The position numbers and the translations under genes were made by a program. 53,104 nt of DNA from IMG/VR virus record IMGVR_UViG_3300044991_002645, positions 1 through 53,104 of that record. One strand, 5' to 3'. The first letter of the stretch is position 1. Each line of letters begins with the position of its first letter. The notes beneath the pieces are model-generated. The model searched no databases, was not told the DNA's origin, and was given only the letters and a program-made list of their open reading frames with translations. This document shows, one piece after another, positions 29,063 to 38,854 of this stretch. This DNA is from a virus (taxonomy: Duplodnaviria; Caudoviricetes).

Positions 29063-30115
29063 TCATCCTTGAAGTTTGGACATTAAAAAATCAGTAGGGT
29101 CTTTCGGAGGTGGTGGCAGGTGCCCCGTGGACGACGGAACGGGCGGGGCGGGGGCGGCAGCTTCGATCTGCCCGGTATTCGAGGGTTTGCTCAACTTCTT
29201 GATCAAACCCTTCATGTACGGGTCGGCCACCAACATCTGCACGGGCTCCGACATGACGCGCTGCCTCACGAAATCAGTCTGGGCGGAATCCATCTGATCA
29301 GCCTCCCGCTCCGCGGGGTCAACCGATCTCGTGTACTTGAATGCGGCGTAGCCCGACGTCAAAGCGGCCGTGGCCAGAAGCAAAGCCTCAAACGCGGTCA
29401 TGCCGTTCCACAATCCCTTGACGCTATCAGTGAAGACGCGGAGGCCGCTTTCAGCAGGGGGAGCAGAGGCCGCCTGCTGGGCTGTTTTACCCAGGACGGC
29501 TGGATCGACCCCGCCAAGCAGGCCAGCCATCTCCTGGGGGCTCATACCCCTGCGTTTGGCCAGATACTTCAGATCCAGCGCGTTCAACTCGTTCATGGAT
29601 TTGGACAGGGCCTTGTCCAATTGAGCGTTGTCCATAGCCTTGGTGTCCGCGTTGGCCAGTCGGGAGCCCAGCATGAAGGAGACCAGCGCGGCTCCCGCGG
29701 GCAGCGTCAACAGCAGGGCGGCCTCCCCCATGGCCGAGGCCTGTTTCTCCTGCGGCTCCAGCGAGCTCAACGTGGCCAGGGTGTCCGTGGCCGCCGTGTC
29801 CTTGTCCTTGAGGTTCATGTTGAGCGACGTTATGGGTGTCGTGGCCCCCAGACGGGCCCGCGTGGCCAGCTTGGCCCTGCCCTCCTGCTTCCCCGTCGCG
29901 CGGGCTCTGCCTATCATGCCACCGGCATATCCCAGAGTCAGATAAGTCAGGCTGAGCAGCGCGGTGTGGAACAATATGGAGGCCGCGCCCACCTTGCCCC
30001 CGGATCCGGGGGCGTAGTAGTCGATGGGCGTTATGGGGGCGAATGGATTAAGCATGGAGCTGGCCACCGACGCCAGGCTGGCGGTCTCCGTCGGATCGGA
30101 CGCGGACTTGTTCAT
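29063..30115 (-). CDS. Hypothetical protein with three hydrophobic segments and KxA motifs
   Basis: ATGA overlap with the upstream gene gives MNKSAS...; also EKQAS and GKTAQ. Confidence 0.75.
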   Translation of the reverse strand: MNKSASDPTETASLASVASSMLNPFAPITPIDYYAPGSGGKVGAASILFHTALLSLTYLTLGYAGGMIGRARATGKQEGRAKLATRARLGATTPITSLNMNLKDKDTAATDTLATLSSLEPQEKQASAMGEAALLLTLPAGAALVSFMLGSRLANADTKAMDNAQLDKALSKSMNELNALDLKYLAKRRGMSPQEMAGLLGGVDPAVLGKTAQQAASAPPAESGLRVFTDSVKGLWNGMTAFEALLLATAALTSGYAAFKYTRSVDPAEREADQMDSAQTDFVRQRVMSEPVQMLVADPYMKGLIKKLSKPSNTGQIEAAAPAPPVPSSTGHLPPPPKDPTDFLMSKLQG

Positions 30116-30480
30116 ATTTTCTGAGGGGCCTCGTAGCATCTCTCCACCCATCGTAAAAAGGCTATGTATTTACCCTCCTTGGAGAATTTGATCTTCTCCT
30201 TGGACAACTCGAAAGCGTTGTTTCCCGCGGCTAGGGCGTCGGCGATCTTCTGTATGACTACGTTATACGCAGCCAGTTCAGCCTCATCGGAGAGGTTGTA
30301 CACTCCAGCCCTCGCCGTGATGCGCAGGGTCGGCATTTTGCACGCGGGATCGCCCTCCTTGACCATAAGGGCGGGCCCCCTGTAAGGCAGATTGTTCCAG
30401 CTGCCCTCCACCGTGGACTCCTCCGGAGACGTCCTGCGCAGGACCATGGAGTCCAACGCCGATTGCAGATCGACCGTCAT
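30112..30480 (-). CDS. Hypothetical protein
   Basis: 122 aa, ATGA-coupled on both sides. Confidence 0.75.
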   Translation of the reverse strand: MTVDLQSALDSMVLRRTSPEESTVEGSWNNLPYRGPALMVKEGDPACKMPTLRITARAGVYNLSDEAELAAYNVVIQKIADALAAGNNAFELSKEKIKFSKEGKYIAFLRWVERCYEAPQKI

Positions 30481-30749
30481 AGCCGGATCGACCTTCCCGG
30501 CTTGACGCTCTGAGACCGGTCGAACACGTCCTGGGAGCTCATCATCCGAGTTAATTTGGCCTTGTCGGCGTCGACCTCGCCCAACAGAAGTCGCTTGCGC
30601 TCAGCCTCTGGGTCGATCCTGGGGAGGCTGGTGGCCTTCGCTATGGCCACTCCGCCCACCATGCCGACCGCGGAGGCCAGAGCCCCTACGGCCAATAATA
30701 TACCGGAGACGAAATCCCCGGATCCGCTTTTCTTCTCCCCATCGGCCAT
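30477..30749 (-). CDS. Small protein with an N-terminal hydrophobic helix
   Basis: 90 aa, ILLAVGALASAVGMVGGVAIA. Confidence 0.7.
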   Translation of the reverse strand: MADGEKKSGSGDFVSGILLAVGALASAVGMVGGVAIAKATSLPRIDPEAERKRLLLGEVDADKAKLTRMMSSQDVFDRSQSVKPGRSIRL

Positions 30750-30758
30750 GACACACCC

Positions 30759-31109
30759 CTATCTTGAAAAAAAGTTGGGAAACGAATTGACGATGGCGCC
30801 AGTGGCCGCCCCCGCCATTCCTAATTTGAAGGGCGACGCACCCATGGCGAAACCGGCCGCCGCCCCGAACAAACCGCCTATGCCGCCGCCCACCGCCGCC
30901 CGACCCGCGAAACCCAGGACGTCGGAGAGTCCGAAACCCCCTGACGCGTCCGCCCGCTGCTCGAACGTGGGCCGGCCTGAGAACCCCCCGATGGGTATGG
31001 TCTTCATGCCGAGCACCGAGGAGTTCTCGTCCTCCAGCAGGCCGAAACCCGCCTCTTTGGCCATGTAGCCCGCGTTGAATCCGGCGGACCTCAGGGACTC
31101 AATCGTCAT
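30759..31109 (-). CDS. Leader-motif glycine-zipper protein
   Basis: AGFNAGYMAKEAG leader, C-terminal Gly zipper, ATGA overlap. Confidence 0.75.
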   Translation of the reverse strand: MTIESLRSAGFNAGYMAKEAGFGLLEDENSSVLGMKTIPIGGFSGRPTFEQRADASGGFGLSDVLGFAGRAAVGGGIGGLFGAAAGFAMGASPFKLGMAGAATGAIVNSFPNFFSR

Positions 31110-31591
31110 TTGGAGCCTCCGTTTGTTGGTTTGGACCATTCCGGATAAGGCTCGGTGACTCCGTAATAGGGTTTGCTCCAGTCATGGTTGAGGGCCAGGG
31201 GCGCTATCAGCCCCAGAATGCCCGCGGCCACGGCCATTCGTCTGCGGGCGTCGGCCGGATCCATCTCCAATTTGGCGTTTATGTTGGCCTCCATCTCCGC
31301 GGAGTCGATCCCGGACACTGCGCCTAGGCCGCCGGCCAGCGTGCGCATGACGGGCTTATATCCGAAGTATCCGGCCGCCGCGGCGGCGGCCCCGAGAGCT
31401 AGCGACGCCCCCAATGGATTGTACGTCAGGGATCTGCCCGCCCTCAACGGGGCCGTGAGGTCCGCCTTGGCCAGCGAGTCGCCCCAGGCCATCGGGCCGT
31501 ACACATCGTTGGCCTCCATGCCCACGAGAGGGGGCAGGGCGTTGCCTTCCTTCAATGGATTATCCGTCGTGTAGCTCAAACAGCCCCCCAT
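31106..31591 (-). CDS. Hypothetical membrane-type protein
   Basis: Two hydrophobic Ala/Gly helices. Start uncertain. Confidence 0.65.
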   Translation of the reverse strand: MGGCLSYTTDNPLKEGNALPPLVGMEANDVYGPMAWGDSLAKADLTAPLRAGRSLTYNPLGASLALGAAAAAAGYFGYKPVMRTLAGGLGAVSGIDSAEMEANINAKLEMDPADARRRMAVAAGILGLIAPLALNHDWSKPYYGVTEPYPEWSKPTNGGSK

Positions 31592-32436
31592 TCCCTGCCG
31601 GACAGGTTGTACCCTCTTTTATTGTCGGCCAAAGCCGGGGCGGCCGTCTGCTGGCCATTGCCGCCCCGGCCGCCGAACATCGACTTGAACAGCGCCAGCG
31701 AGGCTATGCCCCCGCCGGCCAGCAACAAGCCCCCCAGCCCGTAGACCCAGGGCTTGTATTCGTCCCATTTATTGTTCGCGAACGTCTTGAATTGGGCCTC
31801 GACCTTGCCGTCGCCCGCCAACGATGGCAGCGCCCAGGCCGCCGCGGTCCTTTTTATCGGATCCTTGATGGCGTAGTTGAGCAGTCGCGGGTTCTTGGTT
31901 ATGTGATCGGTAAGGGCCTGTAGATCTTTGGCATTGTCATTTATGTTATAAGGGTTTAGCAATCCTGAGTTGGCCGCTGTCCACCAGGCGGAGGGATCGG
32001 TCAATCTATTCGACAACGTTGTTTTTAGTTTAGAGGCGGCGGTGGTCCGCAACTCCCTCATTTTATCCTGGTCCAAGTGGTCTCCAGTCAGCACGGAGCG
32101 TAAGGAGGCCCCGGGTTTGACCAAAGTTTTCAAACTGGAAGCCGACAGCCCCAGGTCCGTGTCGTTCACATCCTGCAGGACGGTGTATGCGGATGGTCCA
32201 AGGCGCCGGAGGTTCTCCGGCAAGGCCGCGGTGAATCCCTTCTCCCCCTCCATGTAGGTCTTGTCGTCGCTGGGCTGAATACTCCCATCCACCAGGAGAT
32301 CGGCCACTGGTTTGACCAGGCCCTTCGCGTCCAGCGCGGCGTTCGCTCCGTGTTTGGCGGCCTGGGCCACGATACCAACCTTCGGACTGGCCACGGCGAG
32401 TCCCTGCTCCAATATATCCTGCAACGACCAGGCCAT
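31576..32436 (-). CDS. Hypothetical protein with a C-terminal hydrophobic helix
   Basis: 286 aa; TATATT motif and AAAGGTG RBS upstream. Confidence 0.75.
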   Translation of the reverse strand: MAWSLQDILEQGLAVASPKVGIVAQAAKHGANAALDAKGLVKPVADLLVDGSIQPSDDKTYMEGEKGFTAALPENLRRLGPSAYTVLQDVNDTDLGLSASSLKTLVKPGASLRSVLTGDHLDQDKMRELRTTAASKLKTTLSNRLTDPSAWWTAANSGLLNPYNINDNAKDLQALTDHITKNPRLLNYAIKDPIKRTAAAWALPSLAGDGKVEAQFKTFANNKWDEYKPWVYGLGGLLLAGGGIASLALFKSMFGGRGGNGQQTAAPALADNKRGYNLSGREWGAV

Positions 32437-32485
32437 AATACACCTTTGACTGGGGTTCCACGCTTCTAGTAAATATAACCCCGAC

Positions 32486-34303
32486 TCACGCGGGGGGTTG
32501 CGCGGCCTGCTGGGCCTGGTTGCGGGCCGACGCCACGCCCTGCATGGCGGCGTCGTTCTCGTAGCCCTTCAGCACCTGGGTCACCTGCGCGTGCAGCGTG
32601 GGATTCTTGCCCTTCATATCGACCAGGGCCCTGCGCCTGTTGGTGGAGTCCAGGCCCATGATGCGCTGGGCCTCCTGCTCGGCCATGGCCATAAGGTCCT
32701 CTATGCCCCCCGGGTTGGCCATGGCCTGCGCGTTGGGGTCGCCGCCGGCCCGCCCGCGGGGCTGGCCGCCCTGGCCCCCCTGCTGCTGGGCCCCCGGCGG
32801 GGGCTGGGCCATCGCCTGGTAGAATTTCGCGGCGGCCTCCTGCTCCTTCTGCATCTCCATCAGGCGCTCCTGCTGGTCGCGCTCCTCCTCCAGCCGGCGC
32901 TCGAACTCGGTGTCGGCGTCTATGTCGAAAGACTTGAGGGCCGTCTGCTGGGATATGATCTTGCTGGCAGCCAGGTTCAACTTGACGTCCTTGGCCTTGT
33001 CGTCCTCGTACATCGAGGTGCGCAGCAGTTTGCCCTCTATGCGCTCCCACCCGTTGATGCGGGATATCTGCCCCAGGTACCAGTTGAGCCACTCGTCGAA
33101 GAGGCTGGTGTAGGGCAGCCAGCTGCGCTCGAACATGCGCAACGCTATGGGCGGGCCGCCCCATTTGGAGATGGACGACCTGTAGAACTCCTGCGGGACG
33201 CTCATGGACGTGAGCAGATTGTCCAGCGCGCGGTCCATCAACTCCACGGGGACGAGCTGCTTGGCCTCGCCGCCGAGCATCTGGTACTGCAGGGGCATCG
33301 GCATGATGCTCCAGGAGGTCGGATCGCGGCGGCGCTGCTTCAGCATGCTGGACACCCTGCCTGTGAAATCCCCCAAGTTGACTCCTATGAGGGGGTCGCG
33401 CCCACCCGGCGTGCCCTGCGGCGGGGTCAGCACGCGGAACGGGATGATGTAATCCATCGCGATGGCCTCGTTGTAGCGCTCGAGGATCATCAGATGGACC
33501 ACCTGGTTGAAACTGGACATGAACGGGGGCAGCCCCCATCCATTCAATTTGAATCTGAGCGTCGCGGGGGCCTCCGCCTTCAGATGCTTGAACGTGCTTT
33601 TATCGAACTTGAACCGGACGCCGTCCTTGATGGACTCGATCATCTCCCAAGGCATGGTGGCCAGCCAGATGTGGTCGCCGCGCTCCACCCCCTTGCGGAC
33701 CTCGGCGGGCGGGTCGAAGTAGTAGTCGGACTCGCCGGACACCGAGCAGTGCTCTATGGATATGAGGGCCGGGGGCCAGCGAATCGTGGTCACCCGGGCC
33801 TCCTCGGCCAAAGGCTTTGGCGCGTCCTCCCTTTTGAACTCCACGCCTTTGGTCCGGCATACGGGGCAGTCCCCCGTGAACTTCCAATTGGACCACTTGT
33901 AGTCCTCGTCCTTCTGCATATTGCGCAAGGGCCTGCTGGAGGAGCACTTAGGGCAGGTCAACGATCTGGAGATGGGCACGAGTATGGAGGTGAAGACGTT
34001 ACCGAAGAAAATCAAGTCGTCGGCGACGGTGGCCATGGTGTCCATCACGTTGGCCTTGCGGCTGAGGTAGTCCTGATACTTCTTGCGGACCCCCGCTCCA
34101 CCTTTGGCCTTCAACTCAATGCCGGTCATGAAATATCTGACGGACTTCCTAACGGCTGAAGAGTACATGCCATGCCTGAGGCTGAGCCATTCCCCCCACT
34201 CGAAGACGTCTTTCACGGTCCTCGGGTATATCAGATTGGAGAAACTGGCGAAGGGGTCCGGGAAATCCGCCACCTTCTCCGCTATCCTTGAGGTAACTGC
34301 CAT
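32486..34303 (-). CDS. Probable portal protein with a CxxC...CxxC insert
   Basis: 605 aa with DDLIFFGNVF, GWGLPP and IPFRVL motifs, and a Q-rich helical C-terminus typical of portals. Upstream of the protease/MCP block. Confidence 0.65.
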   Translation of the reverse strand: MAVTSRIAEKVADFPDPFASFSNLIYPRTVKDVFEWGEWLSLRHGMYSSAVRKSVRYFMTGIELKAKGGAGVRKKYQDYLSRKANVMDTMATVADDLIFFGNVFTSILVPISRSLTCPKCSSSRPLRNMQKDEDYKWSNWKFTGDCPVCRTKGVEFKREDAPKPLAEEARVTTIRWPPALISIEHCSVSGESDYYFDPPAEVRKGVERGDHIWLATMPWEMIESIKDGVRFKFDKSTFKHLKAEAPATLRFKLNGWGLPPFMSSFNQVVHLMILERYNEAIAMDYIIPFRVLTPPQGTPGGRDPLIGVNLGDFTGRVSSMLKQRRRDPTSWSIMPMPLQYQMLGGEAKQLVPVELMDRALDNLLTSMSVPQEFYRSSISKWGGPPIALRMFERSWLPYTSLFDEWLNWYLGQISRINGWERIEGKLLRTSMYEDDKAKDVKLNLAASKIISQQTALKSFDIDADTEFERRLEEERDQQERLMEMQKEQEAAAKFYQAMAQPPPGAQQQGGQGGQPRGRAGGDPNAQAMANPGGIEDLMAMAEQEAQRIMGLDSTNRRRALVDMKGKNPTLHAQVTQVLKGYENDAAMQGVASARNQAQQAAQPPA

Positions 34304-34313
34304 GCCCCCGCTC

Positions 34314-34802
34314 CTATTCCATCACTATGAAGATTAAAGTCCTGCCTGCGGCCCCTCTATCGAACTCGGCCCCCATCGAGAGCAGCCTGGCTCCCGTCAA
34401 ACCCCCTGCCTCCGACGAGGCTGCCATGAAATCGTCCTCGGACGTGGCCTCTGGCGGGGACCATTTGAACCCCCGGGCCGGGAGGTCCACGAGGAGGAAC
34501 CCGTCCGCCTGGATCAACGCGGAGCACTCCAGCTCCACTTTGCCGAACCGCCCCGCCAGCGTCAAGTCCATGAATGGAATGCCCTCGGCCTCCTGCTCGC
34601 GGGGAGGGGGGCTCAGGCTGCGCGCGCCCTTTTTCTTGCCTGCGGCTGGACGGCCACCGCCGACCAGCCTTGCGGGCGGAGCCTGCCGCTCCATATTCTC
34701 ATGGGGATCGTAAGGCTGCGCCACCGCGTCGAAACCCGGCGGCGGGCCTCTCCTGACCACGCTCAAACCCTCATGCCTCGAATCCACCGATGCGTCTACC
34801 AT
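34314..34802 (-). CDS. Hypothetical protein
   Basis: 162 aa, RBS GGAGG. Confidence 0.7.
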   Translation of the reverse strand: MVDASVDSRHEGLSVVRRGPPPGFDAVAQPYDPHENMERQAPPARLVGGGRPAAGKKKGARSLSPPPREQEAEGIPFMDLTLAGRFGKVELECSALIQADGFLLVDLPARGFKWSPPEATSEDDFMAASSEAGGLTGARLLSMGAEFDRGAAGRTLIFIVME

Positions 34803-34877
34803 GTCCTGCCTCCGTTGTTACTCGCCTCCGCGGCCTCATCAGATAAGATAGTTGCTGGACAGGCGATCGGCAAGCGT

Positions 34878-35834
34878 TCAATCCTGATTGGCGTAGTCGC
34901 TGGCTTTGCGTGAATATGCCCTGGCAGACATCGACTCCAGACCCTTCTTGGGCTTCTTGAGTTTGAACGCCTTGTTCTGGGCGGCCGCCATCCTGCGGGC
35001 CACCAGGGACTCCACTCCGCCGGGCTCGTCGGACATGTTGCCCGCGACCTTCAGACTGTCCGACTCCAGAGACGCAGCCAGGGCGTCGTCCATGCTGGGG
35101 GACCTGGGGGCCGTGTCATGGTTGTATCCCTCCGAGAATCCCGCGGCGACCATGCGGCCGGGATTGACCTTTATGACGGGGGATCCGAAGAAATCGGAGA
35201 ACGCGTGGGACGCGGAGGCCGACTTGGGGATGGTTGGACCGGCTTTGCCCGCCGGGTCCAGGGCGTCGGCCAGCTGGTTCAGCCGTTTGCCTACATCCTT
35301 AGCCTCCCTCACGCCCACCTCCACGCCGAACGACAAAGGAGCCATGAGGGAGGGCAGGTCTATCCCGGAGTACATGCGCCTGGGCGCGAAATCTTTAACC
35401 GCTTTGGCCACTTTGACCGCCCCCACATGCTTGAGGACGCTGGCCAGCTCGGCCGATGTGAATCGGGCGGCCAGCCCCATTCCCGTCAAATGGGCCGACG
35501 CCAACACGCGGGAGGCTGAGGGGGACGTCAAGGCCAGCCCCGGCCCGCTTAGGGATAAGGTCCCCTTGCCCTCGAGATGCCCGTCGGTCCCGGGGATGAA
35601 GCCACCGCGGCCCCCCGCCGTCCTGGCCTTGCTCGCCATGCCCCGCAACAGGGATGCGGCGTTGGACTTCAGATGGCCGACGGTCCACTCCGGGGCCACC
35701 GCGTAGGATACCCCAGCGGCGGCGGCCGCCAAGGCCCCCAGAGCCACGGGGAGCATCGGGACGGCTAGCCACAGGGGCACCGGCTCTATCTTGGCCTGCG
35801 CCGCGTTGTATGCGTCTTTTACCCAATCAAACAT
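34878..35834 (-). CDS. Hypothetical protein with an N-terminal hydrophobic helix
   Basis: 318 aa, LWLAVPMLPVALGALAAAAAGVSYAV. Confidence 0.7.
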   Translation of the reverse strand: MFDWVKDAYNAAQAKIEPVPLWLAVPMLPVALGALAAAAAGVSYAVAPEWTVGHLKSNAASLLRGMASKARTAGGRGGFIPGTDGHLEGKGTLSLSGPGLALTSPSASRVLASAHLTGMGLAARFTSAELASVLKHVGAVKVAKAVKDFAPRRMYSGIDLPSLMAPLSFGVEVGVREAKDVGKRLNQLADALDPAGKAGPTIPKSASASHAFSDFFGSPVIKVNPGRMVAAGFSEGYNHDTAPRSPSMDDALAASLESDSLKVAGNMSDEPGGVESLVARRMAAAQNKAFKLKKPKKGLESMSARAYSRKASDYANQD

Positions 35835-35858
35835 CCGAACCCCCGTCGAGTGGTCGAA

Positions 35859-36653
35859 TCATTCCCTTGACAAAAGAGCGGCGCCGGTTCCTACGGCCCC
35901 GCCGGCCACGGCGCCTATGCCAGCCCCGCGCCAGCCGTCCACCAGGTAGCCCAACACGGATCCCAGCGCTCCGGCAGACACTCCAGCCACGGCCGTGGAC
36001 CCCAATGCCGATCCCTTGTCCTCCGCGGGAGCCGGCGCATCAGCCTCGGCCTTCACAGGCGCGGGGGCTGCCTGGGGTTGTGGGACTTCCACCTGTTTTT
36101 GTGGAGGGGCTTCCCCCATTTTGTTCTTGCGCGCGCCGCCAACGACGCCTCCTCCGATGAGGGTGGAGGCCAGGACAGCTATGGTGCTTTTCGGATTGCC
36201 CTTGGCCACGGCCATGAGCTTGACGGAGCCTGCCGCCGCCTTGCTGGCCCCGTCAGCTACGGCGGTTCCGGCGGCCTTGGTGGCGTCCATGATTCGGACT
36301 AGCCGGCCTCCCAATGTGGAGTCGCCCGAGGGTGGGGGCACGGGTGGATTGGGGGGCACGAAAGGGGGTAGGGGCTTTGGAGGAGGTGGGGGCGCGGAAG
36401 GTTTGGGCGCGGAAGGTTTGGGCGGGGGAGCGGGAGGCGCCGTGGCTCCAGCGTTAACTTGCGCCGTGATTCGGTCGTTGAGGGCCTTGGCGGACTCCTG
36501 CTCCGGAGTGAGGGCCGCCGGGCCCCCTCCTGAGGCATTCTTTTGCTTCCCGGATTGCTTGTGCTTCCTTTTGCCGCCGGCCTCCTTCATGAGAAAATCC
36601 CCCATGCTCATGCGGGCGCCTGCCAAACACTCCAAAACTTGATTGCTCGTCAT
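35859..36653 (-). CDS. Pro-rich protein with a C-terminal GYLVDGWRGAG glycine zipper
   Basis: LMKEAG motif, poly-Pro linker, terminal GYLVDGWRGAGIGAVAGGAVGTGA. Confidence 0.75.
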   Translation of the reverse strand: MTSNQVLECLAGARMSMGDFLMKEAGGKRKHKQSGKQKNASGGGPAALTPEQESAKALNDRITAQVNAGATAPPAPPPKPSAPKPSAPPPPPKPLPPFVPPNPPVPPPSGDSTLGGRLVRIMDATKAAGTAVADGASKAAAGSVKLMAVAKGNPKSTIAVLASTLIGGGVVGGARKNKMGEAPPQKQVEVPQPQAAPAPVKAEADAPAPAEDKGSALGSTAVAGVSAGALGSVLGYLVDGWRGAGIGAVAGGAVGTGAALLSRE

Positions 36654-36655
36654 CG

Positions 36656-37468
36656 TCACTCCCATTCCTTGTATGTGTTGCCTGTTCCTGCCAGAGCCTC
36701 CGGGACGGCCGCGACGGCCGCTGAGATGTTCCGCGCCAGTGGATGCAGCATGTCGGGCATCATCGTCACGGCGGCGGCAGGATTGAATCTGGACTCAAGC
36801 AGATAAGGGACAAGGCTCCCGTAGGATCCGGCGCTCGTGCCCGTGGCCTCGTCCACGGCGGCCCCGGCATATCCCGACAGCGCGGGAATGGCCCCCTGCT
36901 CCGCCAATTGGCTTCTGCCCGCGGCGGTGCCCATCCGGGCGGCCATCCAGGGCAGCTTCGCGCCGAACCAGTCGGCGTTCTTATACTTGTCGGCGAGCCA
37001 TTCGCCGCGGGCCCTGGACCTGTCCCCGGCGTCGTTGGCCTTTATCGCCACGCTGTTGCCGAAACTGTCCACGTCGTTGGCGCGGCCCTCGTTGAGGAGG
37101 GCCGAGTCGTACACGGCCTCCCCGGCGGACTCCGCCAGCAGGCCGGAGGCTGTGTACCGAACGGGCTTGGACCCGGTGATCCTGGCCATCGTTGAGAATC
37201 CGGGCAGCCCTTCGAGATATTTGCTTGTCTGTTTATACTTGGAATAGGGGTAGGTGACCGGGGTGGCTAAAACTGAACCCGTCCGGCGCAGAAGGCTCGG
37301 AGGCGGTTGGATCGCCTCCGCCGCTTGAGTGGCTGGCTTGTCGACCTTCCCCGCCACTTTGAACCAGGACCGGATCATCGAGGCCAGGGAGGCCGTGTTG
37401 GGCGCGGCCTCCTTGTGGAGGAGGGCCAGCGCGGCCACTGCGTTCAATCCATCGAGGTCATCCCGCAT
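36656..37468 (-). CDS. Hypothetical protein with a KEAA leader
   Basis: LHKEAAP at residues 17-23; 270 aa. Confidence 0.75.
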   Translation of the reverse strand: MRDDLDGLNAVAALALLHKEAAPNTASLASMIRSWFKVAGKVDKPATQAAEAIQPPPSLLRRTGSVLATPVTYPYSKYKQTSKYLEGLPGFSTMARITGSKPVRYTASGLLAESAGEAVYDSALLNEGRANDVDSFGNSVAIKANDAGDRSRARGEWLADKYKNADWFGAKLPWMAARMGTAAGRSQLAEQGAIPALSGYAGAAVDEATGTSAGSYGSLVPYLLESRFNPAAAVTMMPDMLHPLARNISAAVAAVPEALAGTGNTYKEWE

Positions 37469-37494
37469 CCCCGCAACCTCCCTGATTCGATCAG

Positions 37495-37904
37495 TTATTT
37501 AATGACTGATTTGGCTCCAGACTCCTGAAGCGCCGTGAATATGTTGCTCGCCCGGGCCACCGTGTTGCCCGCGCCGGTTCCGACGGCCCCGCCGGCCACG
37601 GCGCCTATGCCCGCCCCGCGCCAGCCGTCCACCAGGTAGCCGATGATCGTGCCTAGGGTCAAGCCGACGCCGGCGCCCGTGGCCGTGCCCTTCCACGTGT
37701 GTGCCTTGTCCACATACCTTGCAGCGGAGTTGACCCTATCAGTATCCCCCCTATCGGGTAACTTATCAAAAGGATAATCGGAGATTACACCCTCAGGGGG
37801 GTTCTATCATTCACGAATCTATCATTTCGGAGTTCGGCAAGAGCATTCTCATCAGATGCGTCATCCGCTTTCTTCATCATGGACAACATATTCGCCAATT
37901 CCAT
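37495..37904 (-). pseudogene. Glycine-zipper gene split by a -1 frameshift at a C6 run
   Basis: RBS and ATG at 37904 (MELANMLSMMKKAD...) stop just after the C6 run at 37796-37801. One extra C joins this frame to the frame of ORF 37495..37713. Confidence 0.6.
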
Positions 37905-37929
37905 CGGTCCACCTTTGTTTAACATGTTT

Positions 37930-38364
37930 CTATGCTGACGTGCCTGTCTGCTGCAACCTCTTAAGGTCGCCCACGGTCAGCGTGTCCCTGCGCACGGCGT
38001 AGCGGCCCAGCTCGGACCCGCCCAACGTGCCCAGCGACGCGCCCAGCAGCGAGCCCAGCGCGGCCAGCGCCAAACCCGATTTGACGGTGTTGCCTGTGGC
38101 CGTGTTGTCGCCGCTCATGGCTTGCCCGGCGCCGCCGCCGACCAATGCGCCCACCCCGCCGCCCACAAGGGCTCCGGCCAGGCCGCCGCCCAGTCCCATC
38201 AATCCCTGGACAGCCCCCGCCTCGATCCTGTTGGTGCCCCTGGGGGGATTGACAACCCCGCTGACGAGGCCCCCCACCATGGGAACGGCCCCCGTGTACG
38301 GCAGATAACTGGATCCGGAGTCCGAATCCTCGGCCGCTTGTTTGGGGAATCTCATCGTCTTCAC
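37930..38364 (-). CDS. Glycine-zipper protein with a KQAA leader
   Basis: FPKQAA followed by GxxxG-rich helices. Confidence 0.75.
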   Translation of the reverse strand: MKTMRFPKQAAEDSDSGSSYLPYTGAVPMVGGLVSGVVNPPRGTNRIEAGAVQGLMGLGGGLAGALVGGGVGALVGGGAGQAMSGDNTATGNTVKSGLALAALGSLLGASLGTLGGSELGRYAVRRDTLTVGDLKRLQQTGTSA

Positions 38365-38384
38365 CCTCTTGATTCGATCAGTTA

Positions 38385-38801
38385 TTATACCCTGGCGCCC
38401 GGGATCGAGGCGAGTGCTGTTTCCCCTGTGGTGTGGTTCATGATGTTGTGCAGATAATCCGAGCTCAGGCCGAGGGTGTTCGCGGCTTTGGATCCCATGT
38501 CCCTGATCCCGCCGGCGTTCCTGTTGTAGGCCACGCCCGCCCCGGCCCCGCCTGCGGCTCCGACGGCTGCTCCGACGCCGGCTCCGCGCCAGCCGTCGAC
38601 CAGGTAGCCGATGATCGTGCCTAGGGTCAAGCCGACGCCGGCGCCGGCCGCGCCGAATTTGACGTCGGGGGATTGGTCTTGAAAGAAGGTGGCCGCCGCG
38701 GTGGCGGCGTCGCCTACCCCACTCTTGATGTCCCCCATGACTCCGGCTTGTTTGTCCATGCTCCTGGACGCGTTGACTAGATACTCGCTGATCTTGCTCA
38801 T
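38385..38801 (-). CDS. Glycine-zipper protein (GYLVDGWRGAG family)
   Basis: MDKQAG and GAGVGLTLGTIIGYLVDGWRGAG. RBS AGGAGAG. Confidence 0.8.
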   Translation of the reverse strand: MSKISEYLVNASRSMDKQAGVMGDIKSGVGDAATAAATFFQDQSPDVKFGAAGAGVGLTLGTIIGYLVDGWRGAGVGAAVGAAGGAGAGVAYNRNAGGIRDMGSKAANTLGLSSDYLHNIMNHTTGETALASIPGARV

Positions 38802-38854
38802 TGACGCTCTCCTGTTCGTTGTTTGCGGGTTACTCTCTAATATACAACTCCCGC

